Shown: piece after piece, positions 51,907 to 61,080 of the stretch
Layout of the letters: each line of letters opens with the position of its first letter
Numbering within the stretch: the first letter of the stretch is position 1
The notes under the pieces: model-generated
Seen by the model: the letters and a program-made list of their open reading frames with translations, nothing else
The model's database searches: none
What the model was told of the DNA's origin: nothing
Translations under genes and position numbers: made by a program
Assembly: GCA_041665085.1 (NCBI GenBank)
Contig: JBAYJO010000004.1
Span: forward strand, 20,004-84,003
Length of the DNA: 64,000 nucleotides
DNA from: Patescibacteria group bacterium
GTDB lineage: Bacteria; Patescibacteriota; UBA1384; JBAYJO01
Direction: 5' to 3'

Positions 51907-52332
51907 TCAACCTCTACGACATCTTGTAGCTGTGACTTTGGTCTTTGTGCCAGCTTCAGCTTGAGATTCAGCTGATAACGCCTTGCTTGCAGCAATAAGG
52001 TCATCGAGCTTATTGCGAGAAGTGAACACTGGTATCCACTTGACTCTCAATATCTTCAACACAAATGCCGCTTGTTTATTGGAAGACAACAAAGCAATAT
52101 AGACTTCTTTGTCCTTTGCTTTTTCCGTTGCCGCCGCTAAAATAGCGACTCCAAAATGATCCAAGTATGAGACCTGATTCAGATCGATTACTATGTAATC
52201 GCCACTCATTGCTCATTGGACTTTCTGAAGCAATCGCGATCTGATCAAAGTGAGGTCGGGATTAGTCTTGATGATCTCACCTTTCCACAAGACCAATAGT
52301 TCCTTACCTGTAAAAAGCAAGGGGTTGTTCAT
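51907..52332 (-). pseudogene. STAS-domain (anti-sigma-factor antagonist-like) gene interrupted by an in-frame TGA
   Basis: Minus strand reads ATG(52330-52332) MNNPLLFTGKELLVLWKGEIIKTNPDLTLIRSRLLQKVQ-TGA(52213-52215)-AMSGDYIVIDLNQVSYLDHFGVAIL. The whole matches one STAS domain. The local GC is elevated. Confidence 0.45.
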
Positions 52333-52603
52333 TACCTTTTTTCAAGACTTGTTCATTGCTCCCATCCTTATCTGTCAACAACTAACGATAGTGTTGGAGA
52401 CTGTACTTGTCTAAAAATCAGACAAGGCAATCCCCAAAGCATTTGATAATGTACGACTACAATTTATCATATTTTAAGTTAAAAAAAATACTCATTAATA
52501 CTTTTTGATACTTAATTAAAATTGAGTTATTGTTACTTTAGTTTTAGAATGTAAATAATTATAAATAAAATTAATTGGCTTTAAAATATATTAAGGAAAT
52601 AAT

Positions 52604-53521
52604 ATGTATGAATACAAAAAACCAACTCCAATAATCATTAAATTAACTGATGAAGAAGGAATTAGATTAAGACAACAAGCATGCGATTATATTTCTAGCA
52701 ATCAAAACAAAAAAGGAGCTGAAAGAGGAAGCAAGGATCAACAAGGTTTTGGTGCGTTAGCAGAAATGGTTATTAGAAATCAATTAGGAATGGCTGAAAT
52801 CAATGATTCCACGCATCCACTATCATATGATATTTTGCTGTCCGGAAAAATTAAAGCAGATGTTAAATGTCGAGGAGGTGCGCTCCCATTCAAGGAAGAA
52901 TATATTGGTGGAGATGGATTTCCAAGAGAAGCGAAACACAATTTATTTGCTCGACAAATTTTTGATGAAAATTTGGATACCGATATTTATATAATGACTC
53001 ATTTAGAACACCCTAAAAATAGTGAACTCCCAGGAACCAAAAGACAAAAGAAATGGATTCTTTACATCTGTGGATGGGTGTCAAAAGAAAGAGCAAAAAA
53101 TGAGGGAGTATTTTTACCACGAGGATCATTAACAGAACAAGGTAACAAGTGGTTCCCGTATCGAGGACAAGAAATTGAGTATTATCATAAAAATCTCAAC
53201 GGGCTTGAAAAAATAGTTGATTTATTAAAAATTGATGAAGCTGATGTTCAGAAAGATAGAAATAAAATTGGTGATTTAAATTTAACTTCTGTTGATGCCC
53301 TTAGAATTACTTTTGATTTAGTAGGCAGGGGAATATTAGATAAAAAATATATCGATTTTATTAAAAGTATTACAAATTTATCAGAAACAGTCAGACCAAT
53401 ATTACACATAAATCAATATTTTCATCTTTTAAAATGGCTTGAGGAGAAAAATCAGATAGGAGTCGATGAGTCGAAAAAATTAAGCAAAATAATCGAAGAA
53501 ATACCTTATAGTGGGATTTAA
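52604..53521 (+). CDS. putative type II restriction endonuclease partner of the adjacent methyltransferase
   Basis: Convergent to the MTase gene, overlapping by 4 bp. Possible PD-(D/E)xK signature (D...ADVK). No family confidently recognised. Confidence 0.4.
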   Translation: MYEYKKPTPIIIKLTDEEGIRLRQQACDYISSNQNKKGAERGSKDQQGFGALAEMVIRNQLGMAEINDSTHPLSYDILLSGKIKADVKCRGGALPFKEEYIGGDGFPREAKHNLFARQIFDENLDTDIYIMTHLEHPKNSELPGTKRQKKWILYICGWVSKERAKNEGVFLPRGSLTEQGNKWFPYRGQEIEYYHKNLNGLEKIVDLLKIDEADVQKDRNKIGDLNLTSVDALRITFDLVGRGILDKKYIDFIKSITNLSETVRPILHINQYFHLLKWLEEKNQIGVDESKKLSKIIEEIPYSGI

Positions 53522-54543
53522 TTAACCAGTCTCATGGAATTTATTTGCGATTGTTCAAGTGCTTTAGTAATTCTGTTATTACAAATATCAATATAATCTA
53601 CTTTTTTTTGTTTATGTAAATAAGTTTCTTGGTTTTTCTCAATTCCAATAAATTTTCTACCTTCCAAAATGGCTGAGACCAAAAAACTTCCACTGCCGCA
53701 AGCATTATCAAGAACAATTTCATTACCATTTGTAAATGTTTTGATTAAATATCGTCCAAGTTCAATTGGTTTTTGTGTTGGATGAAAAACTTCTCCTTCA
53801 CTTTCCGCCGTTTTAAAATAAACAACATCATTGGGATATCTGTCGCCACTGCTTTTAACTTCGACGGAGCCAAAATCACCATAACTACCTGTAAGCTGAT
53901 TCTTTCTGTATCCCTTATTAAACGGTAGCCCCGGAGTCATTTGAGGATTATATTTGGGTTGTTTTTTATAAAAAATACATATATCCTCATGTTTTCTCAA
54001 AGGTTGTTTTTTAGCATTTAAAAAATTTGTTGCCTTTGATTTTACCCAGACTAATTTATATTTAAATAGTGCAGTATTGGAAAGTATAAGTTTTGCAGTG
54101 AAAATACCTTGAGAAGTTAGCACAATAGCTCCACGATCTTTAATAATTCTTTCATATTGAGCCCAAAGCTTATCTAAAGGAATAACGCTGTCCCAATTAT
54201 TTTGAGTCGTTCCATAAGGAAGATCACACAATATCATATCAACCGAATTATTTGGCAACAATGGTAAGACATCAAGACAATCGCCTTGAAAAACATGATT
54301 TAAAAAATAATCAATTTTGTTCTGATAAACAAAATCGTTTTTTACATTAATAATTTGAGAATTTGCAAAATTTTCCCCTTCGATAAAATCAAGAATACTA
54401 TTACCCTTAAATCGACGAAGATTATTTATTTTAAGCGAAGGTATCTTATTTTCTGCTATATATCGTCTAATAGTGCCATCGGAAACTTTTAAATAATTCG
54501 CAATCTCATCAACTGTATATAATTTATCTTTAATAATTTCCAT
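53518..54543 (-). CDS. beta-class N4-cytosine/N6-adenine DNA methyltransferase with N-terminal HTH
   Basis: Motif IV DLPYG precedes the C-terminal motif I LDNACGSGSF. The N-terminus TVDEIANYLKVSDGTIRRYI is a MerR/excisionase-like HTH. Confidence 0.8.
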   Translation of the reverse strand: MEIIKDKLYTVDEIANYLKVSDGTIRRYIAENKIPSLKINNLRRFKGNSILDFIEGENFANSQIINVKNDFVYQNKIDYFLNHVFQGDCLDVLPLLPNNSVDMILCDLPYGTTQNNWDSVIPLDKLWAQYERIIKDRGAIVLTSQGIFTAKLILSNTALFKYKLVWVKSKATNFLNAKKQPLRKHEDICIFYKKQPKYNPQMTPGLPFNKGYRKNQLTGSYGDFGSVEVKSSGDRYPNDVVYFKTAESEGEVFHPTQKPIELGRYLIKTFTNGNEIVLDNACGSGSFLVSAILEGRKFIGIEKNQETYLHKQKKVDYIDICNNRITKALEQSQINSMRLVN

Positions 54544-54635
54544 AACCCCTCATTGTACTAATTTATATTAATATGTATCATCTTATGCTATTATATAACA
54601 TATTCATTACAATATATATTATAACACGTTGATAA

Positions 54636-54668
54636 ATACGAACAAGAACCGAACTTATCCACATCTGG
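54636..54668 (+). repeat. Right copy of the 33-bp imperfect direct repeat (partner at 40253-40285)
   Basis: ATACGAACAAGAACCGAACTTATCCACATCTGG compared with ATACGAACAAAATACGAACTTATCCACATATTG. Confidence 0.7.
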
Positions 54669-54740
54669 TACTTTCCTAAAAATCATGATATAATAATACA
54701 AGTGGCGTAAATCGCGCCTTTTTAAATTAGCCCAAAATAT

Positions 54741-56186
54741 ATGAATGAAGAAGTAGTATTACGATTTGACGAAGTATATTTCGAATATCAACACAACAAA
54801 CCTATTTTAAATGAGGCTAGTTTTAGTGTCCGAAAAAGCGCAAAAATTACTCTAATGGGACAAAATGGTGCAGGCAAAAGTTCACTATTTGCTCTGATCC
54901 GAGGCGATATAAAACCAAAATCAGGAAAAATATCAATTACTAATGATGCTACAATTGCCACTGCTCGCCAAGTCATGTCGCGCGAAGATGCGAAATTAAC
55001 TATCACAGATTATTTTGCCAATGCATTCGATAAGGTTCCCGCTGATTTAGCCAGTAAGATTCATAAAGTTATGACAGCAGTAAACCTAATTATGCCAACC
55101 AATAGAATTATTGGCACCCTTTCCGGCGGAGAACAAGCAAGAATGTTGCTGGCATTTGCCTTGATTCAAGATTCGGACATTTTATTACTTGATGAGCCAA
55201 CAAATAATTTAGATAAAACCGGCATCGATCATCTGATAACATTTTTGGTAATGTACGACAAAACAGTGATCGTAATTTCTCACGACGCTGATTTTTTAAA
55301 TTGCTTTACCGAAGGAGTTATTTATCTTGATGATTTTACTCATAAAATAGAAAAATATGTAGGCGATTATTACTCTGTAGTTGAAGAAATTGCAGCCCGA
55401 GTCGAACGCGAACAAAGAAAAAACGCACAACTTAAACGAGCAATTATTGATCGTAAAGAAAAAGTAAATTTTTTCGCCAATAAAGGTGGAAAAATGCGAA
55501 AATTGGCCAGAAAACTTAAAGATGAAACCGAAGAGCTTGAAGAAAACATGGTGGATGTGAGGCGCGAAGATAAAACCATCAGGAGCTTTGATATTCCTGT
55601 TCAAGATATTTTTGGCGATATAGTAAAAATTGACAAAGTAACTTTTTTCAAAAATGGCAAACAAGTCGAAAATCGAATTGAAAAAATAATTCACAAACAA
55701 AATCATCTATTAGTTGCCGGACCAAATGGTGCCGGTAAGAGCACTTTTTTGCGTTCGCTAGTAGCTGGAAGTAACAAAAATGCAAAAATTTTAAATGAAG
55801 TAAGAGTTGGTTATTATAGCCAAGACTTTTCTAATCTTGATTTTAATCAAACAGTTTTCGATTGTCTCATGAGCGCAATAGTTGATGACACGGATATCCA
55901 AACTATGCGTTCAGTTGCAGCCGGTTTTTTAATAACAGGGGATTTGATGGGACAAAAAGTAGGAAGTCTGTCTGAAGGACAAAAAGGATTATTATCTTTT
56001 GCTCGTTTGGTTATTATGGAACCCGGACTTTTAATATTAGATGAACCAACCAATCACATAAATTTTCGACATTTACCAATAATCGCCAAAGCAATTAGTG
56101 AATATAAAGGTGCAATGATTATGGTTAGCCATATGCCAGATTTTGTCGAGCAAATAAAATTTGATGAATACATCGACCTATTTTAA
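54741..56186 (+). CDS. ABC-F family ATPase (two tandem ABC domains, no TM domain)
   Basis: Walker A GQNGAGKSS and GPNGAGKST. Signature motifs LSGGEQARM and LSEGQKGLL. Confidence 0.8.
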   Translation: MNEEVVLRFDEVYFEYQHNKPILNEASFSVRKSAKITLMGQNGAGKSSLFALIRGDIKPKSGKISITNDATIATARQVMSREDAKLTITDYFANAFDKVPADLASKIHKVMTAVNLIMPTNRIIGTLSGGEQARMLLAFALIQDSDILLLDEPTNNLDKTGIDHLITFLVMYDKTVIVISHDADFLNCFTEGVIYLDDFTHKIEKYVGDYYSVVEEIAARVEREQRKNAQLKRAIIDRKEKVNFFANKGGKMRKLARKLKDETEELEENMVDVRREDKTIRSFDIPVQDIFGDIVKIDKVTFFKNGKQVENRIEKIIHKQNHLLVAGPNGAGKSTFLRSLVAGSNKNAKILNEVRVGYYSQDFSNLDFNQTVFDCLMSAIVDDTDIQTMRSVAAGFLITGDLMGQKVGSLSEGQKGLLSFARLVIMEPGLLILDEPTNHINFRHLPIIAKAISEYKGAMIMVSHMPDFVEQIKFDEYIDLF

Positions 56187-56195
56187 TAAAACAAT

Positions 56196-57920
56196 TTGTA
56201 TTTATGTCATAATAAAAATATGAATCAATCTCAAGCACTCAAAATTTTAAAAACCGGTGCCAATGTATTTCTCACAGGAGAGCCGGGAAGCGGTAAAACT
56301 TATGTAATCAATCAATATGTAGCCTATTTAAATTCCCATGCTATTAAAACCGCTGTTACAGCTTCAACCGGTATCGCAGCGACGCATATCGGCGGAATGA
56401 CAATTCATTCATGGAGTGGAATCGGAATAAAAAATAGTTTAAATAATGCCGAACTGCAAAATATTGCAGCAATTGATTATGTTAAAAAACGAGTTGAGTC
56501 AGCAAAAGTACTAATAATTGATGAAATTTCAATGTTGCCGCCTCAAACTTTGCAAATGATTGATTTGATTTGTAGAGAAATAAAAAAGAATCCGCAACCA
56601 TTTGGAAATATGCAAGTCGTTCTGGTTGGAGATTTTTTCCAACTCCCACCAATTGTAAAAAATATTAGAAATGACTTTTCTCAAGAAAATTTATTTGAGG
56701 AAAAACCACATCGATTTGCATGCGATTCTCCTGTCTGGAAACAGGCGGAATTTGTAACTTGTTATATCACCGAACAGTACCGTCAAGATGACAAAAAATT
56801 ACTTTCAATATTATCTAAAATAAGAAGTAATAGTTTTGATAAATCATCACTTGATCATATTCAAGAAAGAAAATCTGATCCACTAAAAATTCCACATGAT
56901 GCACCAAAACTTTTTTCTCACAATATTGATGTTGATAAAGTAAATGATCAAATGTTAGCTGAAATACCGAAAGAAGCAAAATTTTTTCCAATGACCACAA
57001 AAGGACATGAATCATTAATAAATGCCATGAAAAAAGGATGTCTGTCACCGGTTAATTTATTCTTAAAAATAAGCGCATCTGTTATGTTTACAAAAAACAA
57101 TCCCAAAGAGGGATTTGTAAATGGCACGCTTGGAATAGTAGATGGTTTTAAAACTGACACAGGTTTGCCAATAGTAAAAATTCGAAATGGACGCAAAATA
57201 ACCGTTTCGCCGGCAGAATGGATTGTAGAAGAAGATGGAAAAATAAAAGGTAGACTAAGTCAAATTCCGCTTCGACTAGCTTGGGCCATCACTGTGCACA
57301 AAAGCCAAGGAATCAGCTTAGATGAAGCAGTGATTGATTTATCGAAAGTATTTGAATATGGACAAGGTTATGTCGCGATCTCAAGAGTAAAAAGACTTTC
57401 CGGTGTTTATATTCTTGGCTGGAATAAGATGGCTTTTGAAGTAGATCCGGAAGTACTTGAAAAAGATAAAGAATTTCGCATTGATTCATCAAAAGCTGAA
57501 AAAATATTTTCTACTTTTACTGATGTTGAATTAGAAAAAATGCAAAATGATTTTATAACTCGTTCAGATGGAGAAATAAATCTGACTAAAAAAATTAAAC
57601 AAAATAAAATTCCAAAACCATCGACACTCGACAAGACGCTTAATCTTTGGGAAGAGGGGAATGAAATCAAACAAATTGCCATAAGTCGAAATTTAAGTGA
57701 AAATACTATCTTGGATCATATCGAAGAATTGGTTAAATTTAAAAAAATAAAACCGAATGAACTCACACGGATCATACCGACGAAAATCTTACGAGATTTA
57801 CCAAAAATCCATTCTGCTTTTTTAGTACTAGATACAAATAAATTAGCTCCGATATTTGAATATTTCAAAGGAAAATATTCTTATAGAGATCTAAAACTAT
57901 CAAGAATGATGATAAAATAG
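56196..57920 (+). CDS. Pif1/RecD-like SF1 helicase with C-terminal HTH
   Basis: Walker A GEPGSGKT. VLVGDFFQLPPI. ITVHKSQGISLD. A likelier start is ATG at 56220 (MNQSQALKIL). Confidence 0.8.
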   Translation: MYLCHNKNMNQSQALKILKTGANVFLTGEPGSGKTYVINQYVAYLNSHAIKTAVTASTGIAATHIGGMTIHSWSGIGIKNSLNNAELQNIAAIDYVKKRVESAKVLIIDEISMLPPQTLQMIDLICREIKKNPQPFGNMQVVLVGDFFQLPPIVKNIRNDFSQENLFEEKPHRFACDSPVWKQAEFVTCYITEQYRQDDKKLLSILSKIRSNSFDKSSLDHIQERKSDPLKIPHDAPKLFSHNIDVDKVNDQMLAEIPKEAKFFPMTTKGHESLINAMKKGCLSPVNLFLKISASVMFTKNNPKEGFVNGTLGIVDGFKTDTGLPIVKIRNGRKITVSPAEWIVEEDGKIKGRLSQIPLRLAWAITVHKSQGISLDEAVIDLSKVFEYGQGYVAISRVKRLSGVYILGWNKMAFEVDPEVLEKDKEFRIDSSKAEKIFSTFTDVELEKMQNDFITRSDGEINLTKKIKQNKIPKPSTLDKTLNLWEEGNEIKQIAISRNLSENTILDHIEELVKFKKIKPNELTRIIPTKILRDLPKIHSAFLVLDTNKLAPIFEYFKGKYSYRDLKLSRMMIK

Positions 57921-57933
57921 TTTAATTTTTATA

Positions 57934-58200
57934 TTATTTTTTTTCTTTACTTTCAATCTCTTCAAATAGTTGCATTATTTCATTAGACTGGCGCAGATTG
58001 AGAATAATATTTTCTTGATTTTGCTGACGTAATATTTTTAATAATTCAGACTTTTCCTCGTCTGTCATTTCAGGAATTAAAATTTCCCAATTACTTTTTT
58101 CTTTATCGGAAAAATTGGAGGCTCTTAAAATATCAACTAATTCTTTATCAATCATTTGTACTCCTGAATTTATAACCCTCTTCTGGCAAATTTTGTTCAA
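57934..58200 (-). CDS. small acidic hypothetical protein
   Basis: The ORF only. The real start is probably the internal MIDKE near 58155, given its overlap with the upstream gene. Confidence 0.3.
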   Translation of the reverse strand: MNKICQKRVINSGVQMIDKELVDILRASNFSDKEKSNWEILIPEMTDEEKSELLKILRQQNQENIILNLRQSNEIMQLFEEIESKEKK

Positions 58201-59794
58201 TAGAGAGTTTTATTGCCGCCAAGATAGTATTTCGACTGCCGTCATATAATGACCAATCTTTTTGTCCGATTTTTATTGATTCATCGCGTACCAATTCATT
58301 ATGAATAATATTTAATTTAAGATTGTTATAATTTTCGGAATTATTAGTTAATTTTTTAACTAAATGAATCGGAATATTATTATCACTAGCAATATTTAAC
58401 AAAATTTGATTAGCAGCTTCTGTCGATAAATCTTCAAATTTACCATGAGAAGTGTCTATTTCAAAATCGGTTTTAGAAATTTCAACTGGTTGCGCGTGAT
58501 CGCCCCAAGTCTTAGGGCCGACTGTATACGGCACATCCGATTTGGACTTAGAAAAAGTTTCATTAACCTTTTGAACTTCATTTTTAATTTTTATATCTTT
58601 GTTTTCTGGAGCAGGCAAGACACTGACTGATTGACCAGTTCCTTCATTTGAACTACGCAAAGGATTATAATATAAATTTTCTTCTGATACTTTGTTTGAA
58701 ATCGAAGTTGGCGATGAAATTGAAGATCCATCAACAGCTTCTTTTGCTATTTGACCGCCTACAAAAAGTGCCGGCACAGAAGCAAGAGCAAGCCCAAGTG
58801 CGCCAATTGCTTTTTTAATATTTGGATTTGCGTTCATAGTATTACGAACTCGAAAGGAAATTTTTGTAAATAAAGAATAACGCGGCACAATTTGTTGTTT
58901 TTTTAGCTCTTCTCGCTCTTTCTTGTGTCCGCCTCGCAAATCATCAAAATTAAGTCTACCGGCTTCATTTACACCATATTCATTTAAATAATCTCCAACG
59001 CTATTTTCTAATTTTTGTCTATTTGCTTCTGCTTCAGCATGTTGCTCTTCAACCATTGTATTGATAAATTGTTCTGTAATTGCGTCGAAATCCTTAGCGC
59101 GAACACGAACCAAATCTTGCTGTTTTTCTTGGATTTGATTTGTGAATTCTTTCCTTTTTCCGGACAAAATGTTAAATAATTCAATTGCCTTTTCGCAGCG
59201 GGCAGTTGTTGTTTTATTTCCTTGATAATATTCATCAATTTCAGATTTAAGTCGATTTAATCTCATCTCCAAATTACCCAGCTTACCAGCAGAGCTTAAA
59301 ACACTAGTTCTTTTTTCCTTAACCAATTCAGCTTTATATTGATAAGCAGAATTAAGTTCGGCTTGCAAAACATTTGCTTCAGCATTTAGAAGCATTATTT
59401 CTTCTTCTGTTGTTGCCGCTCTTAATTTAAGTTTTTCGAGTTCATTATTTAATAATTCTATTCGCAAATCGACAGCTTGCGTGTTTATACTATCTGACAT
59501 TTCCAAATCAATTTCAGATGGTGCAATGCCAGCACGGTAAGCCACAGATGAAGCTGGCAAAGTACCAATTGAATCGTGGATTTGATTTGAAAATTCACAA
59601 ATAGAATTATCCCCGTCAAGAGATAATTCAATATTTTTAATTTTACCGTAAAGCACTTCCAAAGATTTAGCTTTGTCGTCAATTTCAACCCTTTTTGCAG
59701 CAAGTGAAGCCTCGTGATTTAAAGTTTCATTTAGTGATTGGTTAAATTCTGCTTCCATATTTTTCCTATAATTTACTTTTTTTAAATATAACAT
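58148..59794 (-). CDS. membrane protein: long N-terminal coiled-coil, single TM, C-terminal extracytoplasmic domain
   Basis: Heptad-like helical region. TM segment AIGALGLALASVPALFVGG. No family recognised. Confidence 0.55.
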   Translation of the reverse strand: MLYLKKVNYRKNMEAEFNQSLNETLNHEASLAAKRVEIDDKAKSLEVLYGKIKNIELSLDGDNSICEFSNQIHDSIGTLPASSVAYRAGIAPSEIDLEMSDSINTQAVDLRIELLNNELEKLKLRAATTEEEIMLLNAEANVLQAELNSAYQYKAELVKEKRTSVLSSAGKLGNLEMRLNRLKSEIDEYYQGNKTTTARCEKAIELFNILSGKRKEFTNQIQEKQQDLVRVRAKDFDAITEQFINTMVEEQHAEAEANRQKLENSVGDYLNEYGVNEAGRLNFDDLRGGHKKEREELKKQQIVPRYSLFTKISFRVRNTMNANPNIKKAIGALGLALASVPALFVGGQIAKEAVDGSSISSPTSISNKVSEENLYYNPLRSSNEGTGQSVSVLPAPENKDIKIKNEVQKVNETFSKSKSDVPYTVGPKTWGDHAQPVEISKTDFEIDTSHGKFEDLSTEAANQILLNIASDNNIPIHLVKKLTNNSENYNNLKLNIIHNELVRDESIKIGQKDWSLYDGSRNTILAAIKLSIEQNLPEEGYKFRSTND

Positions 59795-59880
59795 ATAAAT
59801 TGATATACGCGAATAAATATGGTCATATTTTCACAAATAAGTTAAAATAATAATATAAAATAATATTTGGAGGATTAAAT

Positions 59881-60042
59881 ATGTCCATTGTAGAAGAGTC
59901 GGAATTCAAGGGAAACCCAATGATTGTATTAAAAAATAGCCAAGATGATAAATTTCCATTTCAATTCGGAGTAAAAAAAGCCCAACTTGTCTTAGAAAAC
60001 ATTGAGGAAATAAAAAAATTCGTTGAAAAGTATAATAAATAA
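59881..60042 (+). CDS. 53-aa small protein
   Basis: RBS GGAGG 7 nt upstream. Product MSIVEESEFKGNPMIVLKNSQDDKFPFQFGVKKAQLVLENIEEIKKFVEKYNK. A terminator follows. Confidence 0.4.
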   Translation: MSIVEESEFKGNPMIVLKNSQDDKFPFQFGVKKAQLVLENIEEIKKFVEKYNK

Positions 60043-60069
60043 ATTAGTATTCATTTAAAACATAGATCT

Positions 60070-60104
60070 CACCAAAATCCCACCTCATAGGTGGATTTTG
60101 GTTA
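60070..60104. terminator. 15-bp hairpin ACCAAAATCCCACCT-CAT-AGGTGGGATTTTGGT
   Basis: Near-perfect inverted repeat between convergent genes. Confidence 0.55.
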
Positions 60105-60130
60105 TATAGAATTAGTAGTATAATTAAATC

Positions 60131-60802
60131 ATGAATCTAAAAACGATTTTCAAATATATTATAAAAATAATTATATTTTGCATCGTCGTATTTATAATTG
60201 TACTAATAATAAAATCACTTAAGCCGCAGCAACCAAATACAATTCCCCAAAATGCCATTACAATGGAATTTCCACTCAAAAACGGGAGATATCTTATTAA
60301 CTTCAATGGTCCTAGTCAAAGTATTTTTTCTGAACCAATTCATCAATCACAGGCTGAAAAATACGCCCTTGATATAACAAAAGATACAAATATTAAAGAT
60401 TTGATTTCTGTTATTCTAACTCATAAATTTAAAAACAATTCCACTTTTGGAACCCCGATTTACAGTCCGTGTGTTGGAAACATCAAAGAAGCAAAAAACG
60501 ACCAAGTGGATCTTCCTATTGGAACAAGAGATAAAAAAAATGCATCAGGAAATCATGTTGTGCTAGGATGTTATCAATTTGATGTAGTTTTAGCTCATAT
60601 GAAACAAGGTTCAGTTGCAGTTAAAACCGGCCAAATGGTAAAAATAGGAGATCTTTTAGGCGAAATCGGCAATAGTGGTAATACAGGAGCTCCACATTTA
60701 CATATTGCCGCAACAAAAACATATGATAAGGATAAAATCATGCCTTTGCCAATAGTTTTTAATGGTCGATATTTATTGTCCGGAGATGTAATTGACAATT
60801 AA
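60131..60802 (+). CDS. membrane-anchored M23 family metallopeptidase (LytM-like)
   Basis: N-terminal TM. M23 motifs GNHVVL...H and GNSGNTGAPHLHIA. Confidence 0.7.
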   Translation: MNLKTIFKYIIKIIIFCIVVFIIVLIIKSLKPQQPNTIPQNAITMEFPLKNGRYLINFNGPSQSIFSEPIHQSQAEKYALDITKDTNIKDLISVILTHKFKNNSTFGTPIYSPCVGNIKEAKNDQVDLPIGTRDKKNASGNHVVLGCYQFDVVLAHMKQGSVAVKTGQMVKIGDLLGEIGNSGNTGAPHLHIAATKTYDKDKIMPLPIVFNGRYLLSGDVIDN

Positions 60803-60814
60803 AAAGGAGCTAAA

Positions 60815-61066
60815 ATGAAATTTTACTCACCTAAAAGATTAAAAATATCCCTCATAATATCTACAATTTATATAATATATATATTCAATTTCGAACCATC
60901 ACTTTCAAATACTGTAAGTAGTCGCAGTATTTTCAGGCAAATATTTGATTATGCGTTAAATATTGTAATAGTAACATTTGCATTATATATAGTATTATCG
61001 GTTATTGCATATTTATATTCTATAATTTTTAAAAAAAATACTAAGCAAAACGAAAGGCCGGCTTAA
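60815..61066 (+). CDS. small two-TM membrane protein
   Basis: Hydrophobic segments. RBS AAAGGAG upstream. Confidence 0.45.
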   Translation: MKFYSPKRLKISLIISTIYIIYIFNFEPSLSNTVSSRSIFRQIFDYALNIVIVTFALYIVLSVIAYLYSIIFKKNTKQNERPA

Positions 61067-61074
61067 CGCCGGCC
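61056..61074. terminator. Hairpin GGCCGGC-TTAAC-GCCGGCC
   Basis: GC-rich 7-bp stem. T-run on the minus strand downstream of the csrA-like gene. Confidence 0.45.
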
Positions 61075-61080
61075 CAGAGT

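Noticed and set aside
55296-55706. Antisense ORFs inside the ABC-F gene (55296..55706, 55370..55579) and inside Pif1 (56815..57196, 57407..57682)
   Set aside because: They are Phe/Ile-rich antisense translations of AT-rich coding sequence. The plus-strand genes carry Walker and helicase motifs.
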